Assembly (NCBI GenBank): GCA_903813345.2
Contig: CAIIXF020000001.1
Span: 39,680,001-39,744,000 of the forward strand
DNA length: 64,000 nt
Source: Owenia fusiformis
Lineage: Eukaryota
Reading direction: 5' to 3'
Part shown: positions 1-13,053 of the stretch, in pieces
Numbering within the stretch: position 1 is the first letter of the stretch
Layout: each line of letters begins with the position of its first letter
Position numbers and translations under genes: made by a program
Notes under the pieces: model-generated
The model's database searches: none
The model's input: only the letters and a program-made list of their open reading frames with translations
What the model was told of the DNA's origin: nothing

Positions 1-1738
1 CACCTGTTTCTGTAGGGGCCGACGCTGTACTATCCCCTTCACTTGCAACTTGTGGCGGAGATGCACCATCGGGTTCACTTGAGATCCTGCGTCTCCAGAC
101 AGGTGATCCATTGTCGTCAGAATCATTTCCTTCGTCTTTTATTGAAGGTTGATCAACTAAAAGTTTAGCGTGCTCAGAAGCCTGTAGTGATGTTGTGTCG
201 ATGTATTTCAAGCCTTGGCTTACTTGTGGCGGCGTGAGCGGCTCCTCCACTAAATCACCCACGCCGCTGTCATTAGTCCGAACTGACAGTCTAGGCCCAG
301 TTTTTGGACTCACTGATGGAAATTTAAATGAAACTTTTGGATTGTTTGAACTGTCATTCGGATTTGGTGAGGGGGAATAGCCTGATGTGTCTATGTCACT
401 TGTAGATATTTCTGGAGTCAAAGAATGGCTTCTTCCCCCAGAGTGATTCATGGTACTTTTATGTCCATTTGGCTGCGTAGATGGCAATTGTAATTTGGGC
501 ACCTTAAGACTTGAGTATCTTTTCTTTTTGCTATTATTAACTATCTCTGCTTTAACCGTGTTAGAATTCTTGAAGCTATTTCTAGGGGAAGGAGACTGAG
601 TATCCGATGGGTCAGTGTCGGAGGCAAATCCAGGACTACTAGAGTGATCTTCCTTGTCTGTTGTATTTTTTGTCGAGGATGAAGTGAAGGTTGTAGTGGT
701 GGAAGTTCCTCTATTGGCGGAACGATTCTGTTCTTTGCCATTGACAGGGTTGTTTTTATCTGGAGCCTTTTGGCTCATCCCGATCCCAATTTTCGTCATT
801 GTTTGTCCAGCCATCGATACCAACGATGTCATTTTCTTATGTTTTGCCTCAGACTTCCTCTGTAGTTTCAAAGCAACACGGTATATCTGGGTGTACAGGA
901 CACACATGACTATTAACGTACTCCAGAAGTAGGCAATGACTAGACAAGCGTTGAATAGCGCGTTCTCCATAAACTGTACATAGCAAGAACCTTCGGGCAC
1001 CGTGCGTTCGCCCACAAAATATTGCCAACCAAGAATGCTTGTGTAAAACACAGCGGCTGGCACGACCCACGCAGCGGCTACCATTACTTTCACTTTAAAT
1101 GCAGTTCTCCAGCCACGATATTTAGCTGGAATTTTTACGGAACAAAATCTGTCGATGGTGATGGCGAGAACAGTATATTGTGAGGAAAGACTAATGGAAT
1201 AATCCAGACATAGCCAAAGATCGCATATTACAGGTCCAAGTGGCCAAACGTCTCCCATAAGGAGATACATAGTGTATAGTGGCATAGAAAAGCCTCCTAT
1301 TAATAAGTCAGATACTGCTAAACTGGCTATAAAGAAGTTCGTTGGTTGTCGTATAGTTCTTTCCAATACGAACGAGAGCACCACTATAAAATTTCCTACC
1401 ACAGTCACAATGCTGAGACATCCCACTAATATGGATATGGTGATAATCTGCCACAATGGGAACTTTGGAGGTTTTTCGGTATTGGTATCATTGAGTGATG
1501 CATTAAATATACACGCACTGTAATTAAAATCCGTATCATTGATAAAACAAGGAATATTTGTGCTAAGGTTTCTAAATGCACCCGTCCTATCCAAGTAATC
1601 GGAGCTAGGGTAATCCCCATCTGCTGCTGATGAATTGTCGAATCCATAGCCAAACATTCCAGCGTAGTCTCCATCGTAGGTGTGGCTTGTGTTGCCCAGC
1701 GATACGAGTATTCTTTCAGCTGCCCCAGTAACACTCAT
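1..1738 (-). CDS. mAChR-B: Muscarinic acetylcholine receptor, B-type (class A GPCR); 5' part of CDS, continues beyond window start
   Basis: Stop-free frame of 579 codons from ATG at 1738 to position 2. It reads MSVTGAAERILVSLGNTS..., TM1 VGNFIVVLSF, TM2 RQPTNFFIASLAVSDLLIG, TM3 CDLWLCLDYSISLSSQYTVLAITIDRFCSVKIPAKYRGWRT, TM4 WVVPAAVFYTSILGWQYFVGERTVPEGSCYVQF, TM5 YFWSTLIVMCVLYTQIY, then a Ser/Pro-rich ICL3 of about 290 aa. DRFCSVKIxAKYRxWRT and SQYTV are B-type/GAR-2-like signatures. The N-terminus has 7 N-glycosylation sequons. TM6-7 lie outside the window. Confidence 0.95.
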   Translation of the reverse strand, partial: MSVTGAAERILVSLGNTSHTYDGDYAGMFGYGFDNSSAADGDYPSSDYLDRTGAFRNLSTNIPCFINDTDFNYSACIFNASLNDTNTEKPPKFPLWQIITISILVGCLSIVTVVGNFIVVLSFVLERTIRQPTNFFIASLAVSDLLIGGFSMPLYTMYLLMGDVWPLGPVICDLWLCLDYSISLSSQYTVLAITIDRFCSVKIPAKYRGWRTAFKVKVMVAAAWVVPAAVFYTSILGWQYFVGERTVPEGSCYVQFMENALFNACLVIAYFWSTLIVMCVLYTQIYRVALKLQRKSEAKHKKMTSLVSMAGQTMTKIGIGMSQKAPDKNNPVNGKEQNRSANRGTSTTTTFTSSSTKNTTDKEDHSSSPGFASDTDPSDTQSPSPRNSFKNSNTVKAEIVNNSKKKRYSSLKVPKLQLPSTQPNGHKSTMNHSGGRSHSLTPEISTSDIDTSGYSPSPNPNDSSNNPKVSFKFPSVSPKTGPRLSVRTNDSGVGDLVEEPLTPPQVSQGLKYIDTTSLQASEHAKLLVDQPSIKDEGNDSDDNGSPVWRRRISSEPDGASPPQVASEGDSTASAPTETG

Positions 1739-1800
1739 GCTTCATCTACACTCTAGCGCCGTCGTCTTTCATACGTTCCTGAAGGAACACAAACGTTAAA
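1716..1800 (-). promoter_or_regulatory. Splice acceptor of the receptor coding exon plus two short upstream ORFs
   Basis: Minus strand reads tttaacgtttgtgttccttcAG|gaacgtATG (AG at 1780-1779). uORF1 is 1772-1746 (MKDDGARV*). It is immediately followed by uORF2 at 1745-1716 (MKHECYWGS*), which overlaps the main ATG out of frame. Confidence 0.7.
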
Positions 1801-3171
1801 ATTAGAATAAACCTGACTATATTTCTGTTATTGATACATAAAAATTACCATGCAGCTTAATTTACCGTTACATGATGAAGGTGCGATTGTAAATTATTCA
1901 CTGAGAAATGCATCAAACCGTCGTGTTCTTTCTAATTTAGTTCAGGTGGTGAATTCACCAGACTTCCCTTGTTAAGTTGCACACGTTGCCTATAAACTGA
2001 CAATTTCTTGTCGTAATTAGTTCTATATATCATCACTTAAACACATTAACAAGCCATTGTCTCGTAAAAGAAAATGAAAACAGCTATTAGGAAATCTAAT
2101 TCATATCTGCACTCTTTTGGGACATCAAAATGCATCCCCCGTGTATCGACCCGAGTTTTACCACTCACGGCACGTTTACAAAACAACAGCATGATTAGGT
2201 GATCTATACATGGTAGACTAAACTAGAAGTACCTATGAGTCAGTATCAATTTTAGTAAGAATTAACTAAAGAATGATAAGAAAATGTCTTGTTTCGATGA
2301 GATAATACGAAGTTCAAACGATCCAAGAAGATGAGGCTGAACCGTTTATAAACGACTGATTCAGGTATCAATTAAAGATACCATGTTACCAAGTAAGTTT
2401 GTTTTGGGATAATCCGTCTAGATACAAGTTGTAGTTCTTTGCAACAGTAGGAAGTTGCCTTGGCTTCTTGACAAGCCAATTACAACTCATCAAACCAACT
2501 GGACACGGAAGGCAATGTTATTTATGATGTAGAAATAGCGACTGGATAATATTATTGAATCAGTCTGGTATCTTTAATTCCCAAACGATTTGTCCTAGAA
2601 CAAGCTATAAGGTATTGGTTCACATGTACTGAATCATCGCCCCACCTCTTTTTCTGTGGAGTGAGCTTACCCGTCCACATGCAATAAAACACAATCATAT
2701 ACAAATTATTTATGAATTATAATAAAATGAGCTATTATCAATGAAACGAGTCTAGCAGATTGAACGAGTGCGTTGTTGAATAAATAATTACTGATATTGC
2801 ATTGTAGCATGCATCCCTATTTTTACTTTCTAATTCAACATCCTAATAATTTCACCTGACGAATCATTTATTAGATCTATAGACTTCAAATTGAAAAATC
2901 TTTGTTCTTTGGGAAATCCAAAGATCGGTCAGATCTTCTACAAAAATCATATGTAACCCTCGAATAACTTCCAATTATATTATGAGAAGTATATAGTTTG
3001 CACCTGTATATACTGACAGGTTGATAAAAAGGTACACTTAACAGAACATGAACATGCCGCGGGGGATATACCATCCGTGGGTTTACAATTGCTATATACA
3101 GAATTCTAATGAATTAATAAATTGTTTTCGCATTCTATTCATTTTCATTTTTTAATATTGAAATCATTCTA

Positions 3172-3736
3172 CAGGGTGGTCAAAAAACGGAAACCCTGCA
3201 TTTTCCTCATATCTTTGTCATTTTAAAAAATTACTCCCTGATATTTCACACATTTGTAAATCATTCAATTTCCTACTACCTTACCATATTTCATGACCAT
3301 CAGATTGATAGTCACAATTTTACAGCACTTTGAACAACATGCTTCAGGTTTGGCCATCATCGCGCTGTAGGCAAACCTGCACAGTTGTCAATGATCCAAA
3401 TGCATTCCTCAGCAGGTATGGCCTGAATGATGCAGATGAACTCACTTTTGATGTATGCTAATATCCTGAGGTCATTCTTATACACTCTATCTCTGCCATA
3501 TACCCATAGGTAGGGACATTTTGGACGACATATGCAGGTTGGTCTTCAGCGCAATAGTTGCCACCGGGGATGTTCTTTAAAGTGCTGTAGCACTGTGACT
3601 ATCAATCAGATGGTCATGAAATATGGTAGGCTGGTAGGAAATTGAGTGATGTATAAATGTGCAGTTATTTCTTAAAATAATAAAGATGTTAGGAAAATGC
3701 ATGGTGTAAGGGTTTCCAGTTTTTTTGACCACCCTG
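3172..3736 (-). mobile_element. Non-autonomous Tc1/mariner element
   Basis: TIRs CAGGGTGGTCAAAAAA..GGAAACCCT at both ends, each flanked by TA. An internal minus-strand remnant YLWVYGRDRVYKNDLRILAYIKSEFICIIQAIPAEECIWIIDN resembles the transposase C-terminus (LWGYLKDRVY). Confidence 0.9.
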
Positions 3737-3759
3737 TACATAGGCTTTACACGAGTTTT

Positions 3760-4120
3760 CTTTTGACCTTGATATCTCAGGATTATGACATATAATAAAT
3801 AACTTTTTGTGGTGATTTGAGAATACTTAAATTTGTTTTTGTAGGATTGAGAGCCTGAGGTATATTGGAACAATTCACTTTCCAAGGAACTCTTATGCTT
3901 TGTGTAGTCGAACTTGATCAATACCAGAAAATACCATACTGGTGCTTCAACCGTCTACACAATCACATCAGCAACTTTGGAACATTAGTAAATGTCATTT
4001 TTAATAAAGATGATAAAGAGCATAGGGCCTAAAACTGTTCCCCGAGGCACGGCAAACGATAATTTAGCCACATATGGTGTAGCACCATTAGTTTCAACAA
4101 TTTTAGTTGTGATTAAATGA
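3760..4120 (-). mobile_element. Degenerate CR1/L2-type LINE reverse transcriptase fragment
   Basis: LSFAVPRGTVLGPMLFIIFIKNDI matches the RT motif SGVPQGSVLGPLLFLIFINDI. The downstream sequence is broken by frameshifts. Confidence 0.65.
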
Positions 4121-7100
4121 TTGTGTTTGCACCAATGGGAAGAAGTTCTTCGAATACGTAATGATCTAGCTTTTGAAAAAATAGTATCACAAATTAATGT
4201 ATCAAACTCTTTAGAGATATATTTCACCACTAACTATTACAAAGAATAGAACGTTTTCGGGAAGAATTTTTTTCAAAAATAAATCCAGTGTTTTCCTTAT
4301 AATCATGTTTAACTTTCTAAAAAGAATTTCAGATATCTCATAAAACAAACCATTATTGAAGATTCAAGATGCAAAAATGTCAGAATCTACAAAAATCTAC
4401 ATAAAAGTTAAAAAAAGAGGATGTCCCTAAAACTCGAAAATTTATCATGTAATAACATAAAAATTGACTATATAATTAAAAAATTGTGACACATTTTCCA
4501 ATTTCTTTACTCTCAACGCTTCTCTGTTTCTTTAAATTTTATTCTTGAGAAATACGACAATCATTGTTTTCTTTTGACAGTTGTCAACCTAACTAATTGT
4601 ATCAAGTTGTATTTCAGGAGACCTAACCCTGTCCGACACTTGCACATAGCCTACAAGGGAACTATTATTCGTGATAGTACTGTATTGTTCAACTTTGATG
4701 CAGGTTCAATATCGCTAATTCAGAAATCAATTAGATTACTGTAATATAATCTCACGGATCTCGGTAACTATATCCACAATATATGTCCATTATAAACTAT
4801 CTGCTTAGATTTTAGATTATAATGACTGCATATTCTGTGAACTCATTTTTCCTATCAATTATTATTTGACTGACCTTAACAATGTATGGAAATTTACCTC
4901 AGTAGTGTCCCTGTTAAGCTGGAAGTAGTTATATTGCAGTATTTTCCTAAACAGCTTCTACACGCATCACCTGAAAGTAGTTATACAAAATCAGAAACGC
5001 ATTGATCTAGACCGTCTCCATGTGATGAACCTGCCCTTTTTGTTCCAACTCCAAAAAAAACTTTCAGTTAAGTTAGAGTCGTCAGAATGCAGGCATAGAA
5101 AGGACTGTGCAAATCTATAGAGACAGCAATAAAACTAAAACAAAGAGTTCGTAAATAATTGCGTGTCGGCAACTTCCTGACGTCTGCTAGCAGAAGTTCC
5201 CTGGACCTTATTTAGACTAATCAATTTGGTAAAATAGGCTACAGTCAATTTTTGTTTTATTTAAGAAACACAAAGCTGTCTTTCCCTGCGGGCGTGCAAC
5301 TCTGCCATTAGAGTAATTGAGTTCCTGTAAACTGGGTTCAGTAACAATCTTGAAATTCCTCAATCGTACTTTGGAATATTACTGCAGTAACTGTAAATAG
5401 GAACGCTAAATGAAGGATAAGATGGGATATAACATCCATTCTTGTACCAAGTAGCCGCCAATCAAGTTTGGCTAGTCCTAAATGCTGATATTGAGAGTGC
5501 TCTTAGAAGAAGCCGTCTCAAGATCGATAGTAAAATGATGAGCAATATACTTTCATTCGTCATGACATTTCATAATATCTCCTAACAAGTCAAGTTCAAT
5601 GTATTTTATTTTCATTCCCTTTCTCCGTTTATCTGTACAACCATGCCAATATACAGGCAGGCGACGCTTCTAAAATAATGTCTTTATGTCTCTCCTCGAT
5701 CGGCTACTGGACCGGCTATGGCTTATCGTTGAGAAGCTTAGGTCTTTTAGTATAAACAAGGGCCTCGTCGTTTTGAACATAATTAAATTGACAAAGTTCA
5801 AATTAGAATTTCTCAAATCGCAGCCCATCGATTTCAAAGAATTTCAGAGAAATACAGCAAAACATCTCACCTTCATGTCCAAAAAATTTCAACAAAAATA
5901 TCCCACGAAAATCGAAAGTTCTGCTCTCTTACATAATTGGATTACCAAAACGTCATCATATTTATATACATTAACCAATTCACCACTACCAAGGTCATCC
6001 ATCCGCAGAAAATAATCCCAAAGATTTTACCGTTCACTGTTATGCTCACATGTTTCCCAATTATTCTGAGCATTATATGCCTGCAAATTAGAGCATTCTA
6101 TCCAAAGATGGTGCTGTAGTAGACCATTGAAGTCCCCAAACAGGTTTTTAATAGAACTACTTTCCTCATACCACGAAATAAACAAACAGAGTAAGGATAG
6201 TACACTCATTGGCACTTTTTAACCAAAATATATGGAAAAATTCAGGTTTCATTTGGAATAAAAGACCAGCTAGAGATAGTATTGAGCATTCCAGATAATC
6301 TCATTGAAAACTCCAAAACTGAATATCATTTTGACTAATTTTATCATGATGTTTTTTAAAAGTCCCCAAAGTTCCAATACCCGTTAGTAGGAAGTAATGT
6401 TTATCAACATTTTTTATTTTGAGGAATTTACATTTGAATATTAATGTCGTACATTTCGAAATATACATCTCTTACTTATTTTAAGGCTTTGGCAAGGAAG
6501 ATCATACAGATATATCTTAAACATTTTGCAACTTGTTCACCAGGTGCAACAGGTTCTACCGTTATAATAACATTAACACAGAATGGAGGTTTATTGGCAT
6601 TCAAGAGTGAATCTCCTAACACGGACACATGGTCATAAATTTATTCAAGAGAAAATATGAGATGGCATTTAAAAAAGTCACATATTTTCATTACAATACC
6701 ATTATAAGTTAGTAACTAAGTGTGTAATACTAATGTAATACTAAATAATTCTCATCTGCTATCTTCCTGATGCCTAAATTCCCTCAATGTGAAAAATCCT
6801 TGGTGAAGTGAAACATACGCTAACATTCACCTTGGGTTGACCTAGTTTTGACCTCATTCCATGTACTGTTTTTGAAATATACATCCGAAGAGATTTTGTA
6901 TGATCTTTTATACGTTCAATTGACCTGGTGGTTAATCTTAAGAAATAAAATTGTCAGGCTTAACACAATAGGAGAGCACCTGAATACTTGATGATTACAA
7001 GATGCTGTTCTACTTACACATGACATGATCTAATTCTAACTTTCCCCGGAGTCATTTATTGAGACCAAATGATCGGTGAACAAATGTTGTTGACAATCCT

Positions 7101-9286
7101 TTGAATATTGTAATTAAAGTAAACATTATAATCTATTCTCTTTTTAGCGCTATTTCCTTCCAATATATGATGACTTGCATCTCGTTTTTCTCGGTCAACA
7201 TCGCACTCCACTATCATCGAGATATAGAAATATTATCCAGATCCTCTGCATACGACGAGAACTTGACTTATATACTTTAAACCACCATTGACAAGTTGAC
7301 TGCTAGTCGATTTGAAAATACTTGTATAAATAGACGTTGTTTTATTAGTCGAGAAGCACCTGTACTGTATATGCATACGAATATAAAAAATATATAAGTA
7401 TCGTTAATGCAACGTGAATTGTTAATAAATCATCTATTGTATTAAAGGACTATTCCAATTAAATATTTTTGACGTGGTAAGGTTGCATTGACATCCTTGG
7501 TCTAGAAACAAGTATGCAAATAGGATGGAGAAGAATAACCCGACCGTTGTCACAGTTCTGTTCAAAATGGCCAGATCAAATGTTTTATTAACAAAACTGG
7601 ACATGAATTTTCTAACAGAATTCATACGGTTGATTTTTTTGGACAAGATTGATATGGGATAAACAGATCATCCTAATGTAGGTTCAGATTGGGATTATCC
7701 CCGAGGTCAATATAAGTTAACATTTCTCCGAAAGCGTGGTGAGTCTGTTTCCTCGCCTACCCCAACGCCCATGGTTACAGTCATAGTCTGGGTAGCGCAA
7801 GGTACACGTGACACGAAAACACGTGTAGAAAGTGTACGCTTATATAAGATTCTGGTTTCTGCTGTATGTCTATGATTAAGACATCAGTATAGTATAACGA
7901 GAATTATTTGTATCAGCTTATTAAACACATGGTATTAAAATAAACGAAAGGAGCAATACCACTTCTAACATAAGATAAAAACGTGCAAGGGAAGAAAATG
8001 TTTAACAAATATTACTGAAACAACCGTTAAACAAGGTGTGAAAGCAAGCAAACCTTAGAAGCAAGCACCGTTATTTTGACACCTGTAATGAAAGCAATCG
8101 GGGTACCTTATAAATCATGGCAAGCAGACACTTGTCAGAACCACCAAACTCCTGTTTAGTTTACATTAAGTTGCAAAGAAAAATATGGACCACTCAGGAG
8201 AATCGGAATTCGTTGAATTTTTCTCCACCTCTAACAACGTCAACAATTCCATTATAAAAGTTGAAACACCTAAATAATGCAACATGACAAATGTTTTGTC
8301 TGAAATGCAACTAAGAAACGAAATCCTTGGGGATATGTTGACTTTTGAAGATATTCATTTTCACCAACAATTTCAGCAAGTCAATTCATTACAGCCTTTG
8401 CCCATTTAGATCTATTATTTATTTGGGTTAACTACCGTTCTCAACTCAACAGAGACTCACACTTTAATTTAAGCCTATTCTACACTTTATTGTATTCCCT
8501 CCGTTTTTATACCATCCTTGTTTTTCTATTTAAGCCAAGTTAAACCTAATAAATGAACTCTCCTTTTGTTTTGACTGGTTATCCATTTTACTTAAACGTT
8601 TTGTTTGAAGTCATGATAACTGTTGACTTCAGTTTAATCGTATGAGGCTACTGTTGATTCTAACTTGTTTGAAGGTACCTGTATGTGGTTATTTCGCTCG
8701 AGATTGTCTATTTCTGGCCAGTTAGACAATCGAAATTTCAGCGATTGATTTTGTTGCGTCAGTTTTATATTTATCCATCGTATCCTTTGTCCATTAAGTT
8801 GTCTCAATTATATTTATTGTTTATTATACTTCTTCATCATAATTCTGTCATTTACAGCACTATCAAATTGATTTATGTTTACATAAAATACGATTCTGTA
8901 GTACCAACTCCTTTCAAATAGCTTACATATTAACTCCGACTTGCTATTGCTGTGTCTCCTTGCCTCATTTTCTCGATCCATTTCAAGGGTATATATGAAT
9001 ATTTGACCTTTGAGAGGATAACAACTTTTAGCTTTCTGGACTTTGGATAAAGAACGCTCTTTTCATCGTAATAGAGTAACTAGCAAGTTTATTATTTTTG
9101 ATTATTTCATTATTCCACAAAGAGGTGCATGCTTATTTTAAATGGTCAAACGAGTTTGAAATGGAATGAACTGAGAAAGAATGTGGTACTCATAAAAGAG
9201 GGATACATTCGTAGTGAATAAAAGAAATTATTGAAGATAATTACACCCCATGGGATAAACACTCCGACGTGTACACCATCGCTTAA

Positions 9287-9640
9287 GGATGTTCCCTGGA
9301 CGAAGTTGAAAACGATGAACACCAACCCCTAATTTTTCTTTTAAAAATGTGAAGTACATAGCATAACTAAGTGTTTCTGTGAGTTTAAGAAAAAGTTAAA
9401 TATTCAAAAGTGTGTTTTGGGGTGAAAACCTGATTTTTAACATGGGTTTCAATGAGAAAGTGCCACGCCCACTTTTGTCAAATATTGACACTTTAGAGGC
9501 CTCTTGCTCAGAAAAAAGCACACTAACATATGGTTTTTAAAGTTTTAATATTCTTTGTTGCCCGTGAGAATCCCAGAAAACCATTTTTGAGAAAAAGTTA
9601 AATACTATTGAATATTTTCCTATCTGACCAGGGAACATCC
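9287..9640. mobile_element. Kolobok-like MITE with TTAA target site
   Basis: TTAA|GGATGTTCCCTGG ... CCAGGGAACATCC|TTAA: perfect 13-bp TIR and TTAA TSD. Purine-purine termini fit Kolobok better than piggyBac. Confidence 0.8.
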
Positions 9641-10344
9641 TTAAAGACAAATAAATCAACGATTAGAAAACAAATTACAAAATAAGTAAAAGCAACGTAC
9701 CTTAGAACTTTGAACTACAAATATTTTCAATTTTCAATTATATAAGAGAGTGGAATGCCACCATAATTATTAGAACTATAGGTAGGATATATATTATAAA
9801 TATTATCTTATGATGAGACCTATGTTTTCTGAAAAATCTGGAGAAGGTCAGATATCAGACTGTCGGGTTAATCAATACCGATTATAAAGGGGATCAAGTT
9901 TAAGGCAAAATTAAGCCTCTTGGATACACGTTAAACTACCTTCAAGTATATTGATTCGGTGGTATAAGAGGGATTACCCTTTGGTGCGGGATCGTATTAT
10001 CAATAACCTCGTCGTCTTGCATGTATAAAGCAATTACAGAAATTAAGACCAATGAGCTGGATTCCGAGCCTATCCAACCTCCAATGAATTGCATGTCAGC
10101 TTGTTTCCAAACTTTTTTGTAATAAAGAGTAGTTTGTCTTGCTTAGTTGTACTTTACAGCTGAAAACTGGACCAAGTTCAGAAAATTTCAACCGATGAAC
10201 TAATAGAATAGTCAGGTCCCGTTTTGTTTTGTTGATCTTTCTTGGTCGTGGCTTGATATTCCAATACTCTTTCAGATATTTATTCGCATTCATATTCTCA
10301 ATTATCAACGGGATGAATATGCTCCTTCCCTTGTTTAAATTATA

Positions 10345-10745
10345 AAACAGCAACTCCACGGAGTGGCAAATCCCACCGAACAAAATATCTTGACAAAATA
10401 GTAACAATCTTATTACTTTGTCCCTAGGTATCAGCATATTAGATTTACACGAAATCCACCCGCCGGTACTTGAGTTATCAAATATAATGTTGTTTTTTTG
10501 AAAAATGGAGGCCATGTTTAACCTGTGTGGCCATCTTTAAAATGTGTCAAGGCATCAGTATATAACATTTGAACCGAATCCTTCAACTAGAATTTGAGTT
10601 TTTTTTAGAAAAATGGCGGCAAATTGGATTGAGAGACCATATTGAAAATTCCTTCTCGAGCAGAGGTCCTCTACCTAAGATGGCATAAAAGCCTATAAAA
10701 TTTGAATTAAATCGACCCATCGATATTTGAGTTATATGAACAATA
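10345..10745 (+). mobile_element. 5' fragment of Helentron-associated (HINE/DINE-1-like) element
   Basis: Shares CAAATCCCACCGAACAAAA and core repeats (gaaaatggcggc, catattgaaaattcctt..gagcagaggtcct) with the element at 56401-56955. Confidence 0.65.
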
Positions 10746-11310
10746 TTCATATAATATTAAGATTTTTAGAGCAAACGGTTCGGAACTTTTGGATCAACCC
10801 TCGTACAACGTCGGTAACCCTACTATCAAACCAAACTAGTTCTCACTTCGTTCTCGAAAACGGGCTTCAACTGTCTACGAACGGACTGGACGTACTTAGA
10901 ACCGTTTGGGGTCTATTTACAAACTTCATCGAACGTACTCGAACAGGTAGGTGCTCCAGAACTTAGAACATGCTCAAAATGTTCTCGTGGTCGTTACGAG
11001 TGGTAACGTACTAACGACGAGCTGGACGTACTACGAACGGAAGTGTTGTACTTCAATCCTACTAGGGACGTTTTTACAACGAGTAAAGTACGTCACATGG
11101 CACGATTGTCAAATGACGCCTGATGAGATCGAAACAACTTTTTTGATTTGGAGGCAACTGGGAACGACAGACTTGCGAATGTGCAAAAACGTGAACTGAA
11201 TACAAAATTATAATAATTTTGTGAAGTGAGAAATCAAGCCGAGACAGGGATATCTGCAGAGCCACCCACGATGCCGAATGCCTTGGAATCAACAGGCGGT
11301 GACAGGCAGT

Positions 11311-11457
11311 GATATAATAAAACAAATATTTCACTCTCTTTCGGTGAATACCTGTGGCACTTTCACAAGATGATATTCCACTAGGCCTCTGGGCTTCGTT
11401 GAACATCACTTGTGAACGATGCATAGGTATTCAGCTCAGTAGAGTGAAATATTTGTT
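11311..11457 (+). mobile_element. Degenerate 3' long-hairpin end of a Crypton-like element
   Basis: ATATAATAAAACAAATA is followed by a ~135-nt imperfect stem-loop (acaaatatttcactct/agagtgaaatatttgt; gaatacct/aggtattc; ttcacaag/cttgtgaa). The architecture matches 22884-23068. Confidence 0.65.
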
Positions 11458-13053
11458 CAATATTAGATGATCGATATTGCCATTGTCTTTTTTCATGTGT
11501 CTAGCAAAACAGTTACCCTGAAGATCCTTCACATGAAAATAATCCACAGCGTCACGATGACACCAATTTCAACACAATAACCAGGTTCAACGTTTCATAA
11601 TGCATTTGGTACGGAGAGAAATCAAACAATACACTCACGAAAATAGCCATTGCAATGACAACCTTGAACTATTCAACGTTGTGTTACATGCTTGTCACAG
11701 TCGCCAACTAGACTAGTCTGCTGACAAAAATCAATGAGAGGTAAATCGGACGATATATATGAAAGTATAAGGTATCATGAATAATGAATCTGATAATGTG
11801 TTGTCAGAGCAGGGCATAGCATGTATTGTATTATCTTTCCAGTGACATTCAAAATCTGGAACCATCTCTCTAGTGGGACTTAGTAAAGCTATCGATCAAG
11901 AGATCACCAATAAATCCTGGATGTTAGTCGAGCTCGCATACATTCTATAAACCTAAAATAACACACGCAAAATTAGAAAAAATATTGTCTATGCTCGGTC
12001 TTAGTTATACCACCCAAACAGCTTCTTTGAAGAGATTTTAACGCCTCATTTCCTTTTGCCCGATATTCAAAATATTCCTGGATGGGCTCGTTACGCCTCT
12101 GCAAATTAAATTTTTTACGGTGACGTAATACGAAGAGAATTCTTACCATCCCTTTCAATAGTTTGGTTTCGCTTCTTTAGAGAACTTCACCATTATTATG
12201 TTTTCATGGGCTTTAAAATGGAATAAACTAGGATAGATACACAATAACAGCAATCGTGTATTAGAAATACATTTCAAAAATGCAATCCACGGTCCACCTA
12301 TGACAATGCATATCTGTTTAACAAATAGTTTGACAAATCTTGTTTGGCATAATTCACATTGGTTTAATGTTCTTTAATCCTTAAGTTGACAAAGTTTCAT
12401 CACTGTAGCTGCTGTATGGCTCATTTGCTGGCAATTGAAAACCTGGCAATTTTTGGCATTGTTCAGATTGTTGCGTAGGTTCCTTGGACGAGTGAAATGT
12501 ACATTTAAGAATTCCATTTGAATTGATTCGACTTCGCTTCTTAAAAGAGAGCTTCGTCTTATAACTATTTGTTCCCGTCATAACTAGTAATTAAAGATAA
12601 TACGGGTATGCAGTAATACAGTTTTTAAATCAGGCAGAGCTAGGATGCATAATTAAATTGAGGAATAAGATTGAAACAAGTTCAAATAGCATTCTCTATA
12701 AAAGGAAAAGTTCCATGCACTGTTATTAACCCATGCGATTGGTGACTTAACTCCAAAAAACAAGCCAACTATTACGAGGAACTTCATTAAAGGTACTTTC
12801 CATGTTTAGTAAATCACAGAAAAATGTTTTGATATGGTCAATAAATATATCACTTAAAAATGTACTTGCTAAATCCCAGTAGGCTGTCATATTTTAAGAT
12901 TTCACACGGGAAGTGACGTCACCGACTCCGATCTTACTTTGGGATAATGCAGGGGGGAGATCTCCCAAAGTTCAGCCTTCGTATTCGATCACATTGTACT
13001 CACGTGCTAGATCCATTTAAGGCTTACATGACCATATAGTAATCCAACTGACC

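Noticed and set aside
195..1734. Six short ORFs in the ORF track
   Set aside because: They are antisense or alternate-frame shadows of the receptor CDS.
4560..7650. Coding-like composition and a TM-like ORF at 7434-7646
   Set aside because: Many stops in the frames I read and no assignable motif or splice structure.
10795..11105. CpG-rich segment resembling a Harbinger-type MITE interior
   Set aside because: No termini or TSD could be identified.
11106..11137. Hammerhead ribozyme-like core (GTC...CTGATGA gatc GAAAC)
   Set aside because: Stem I cannot pair and stem II is only 4 nt in total, so it is likely chance.
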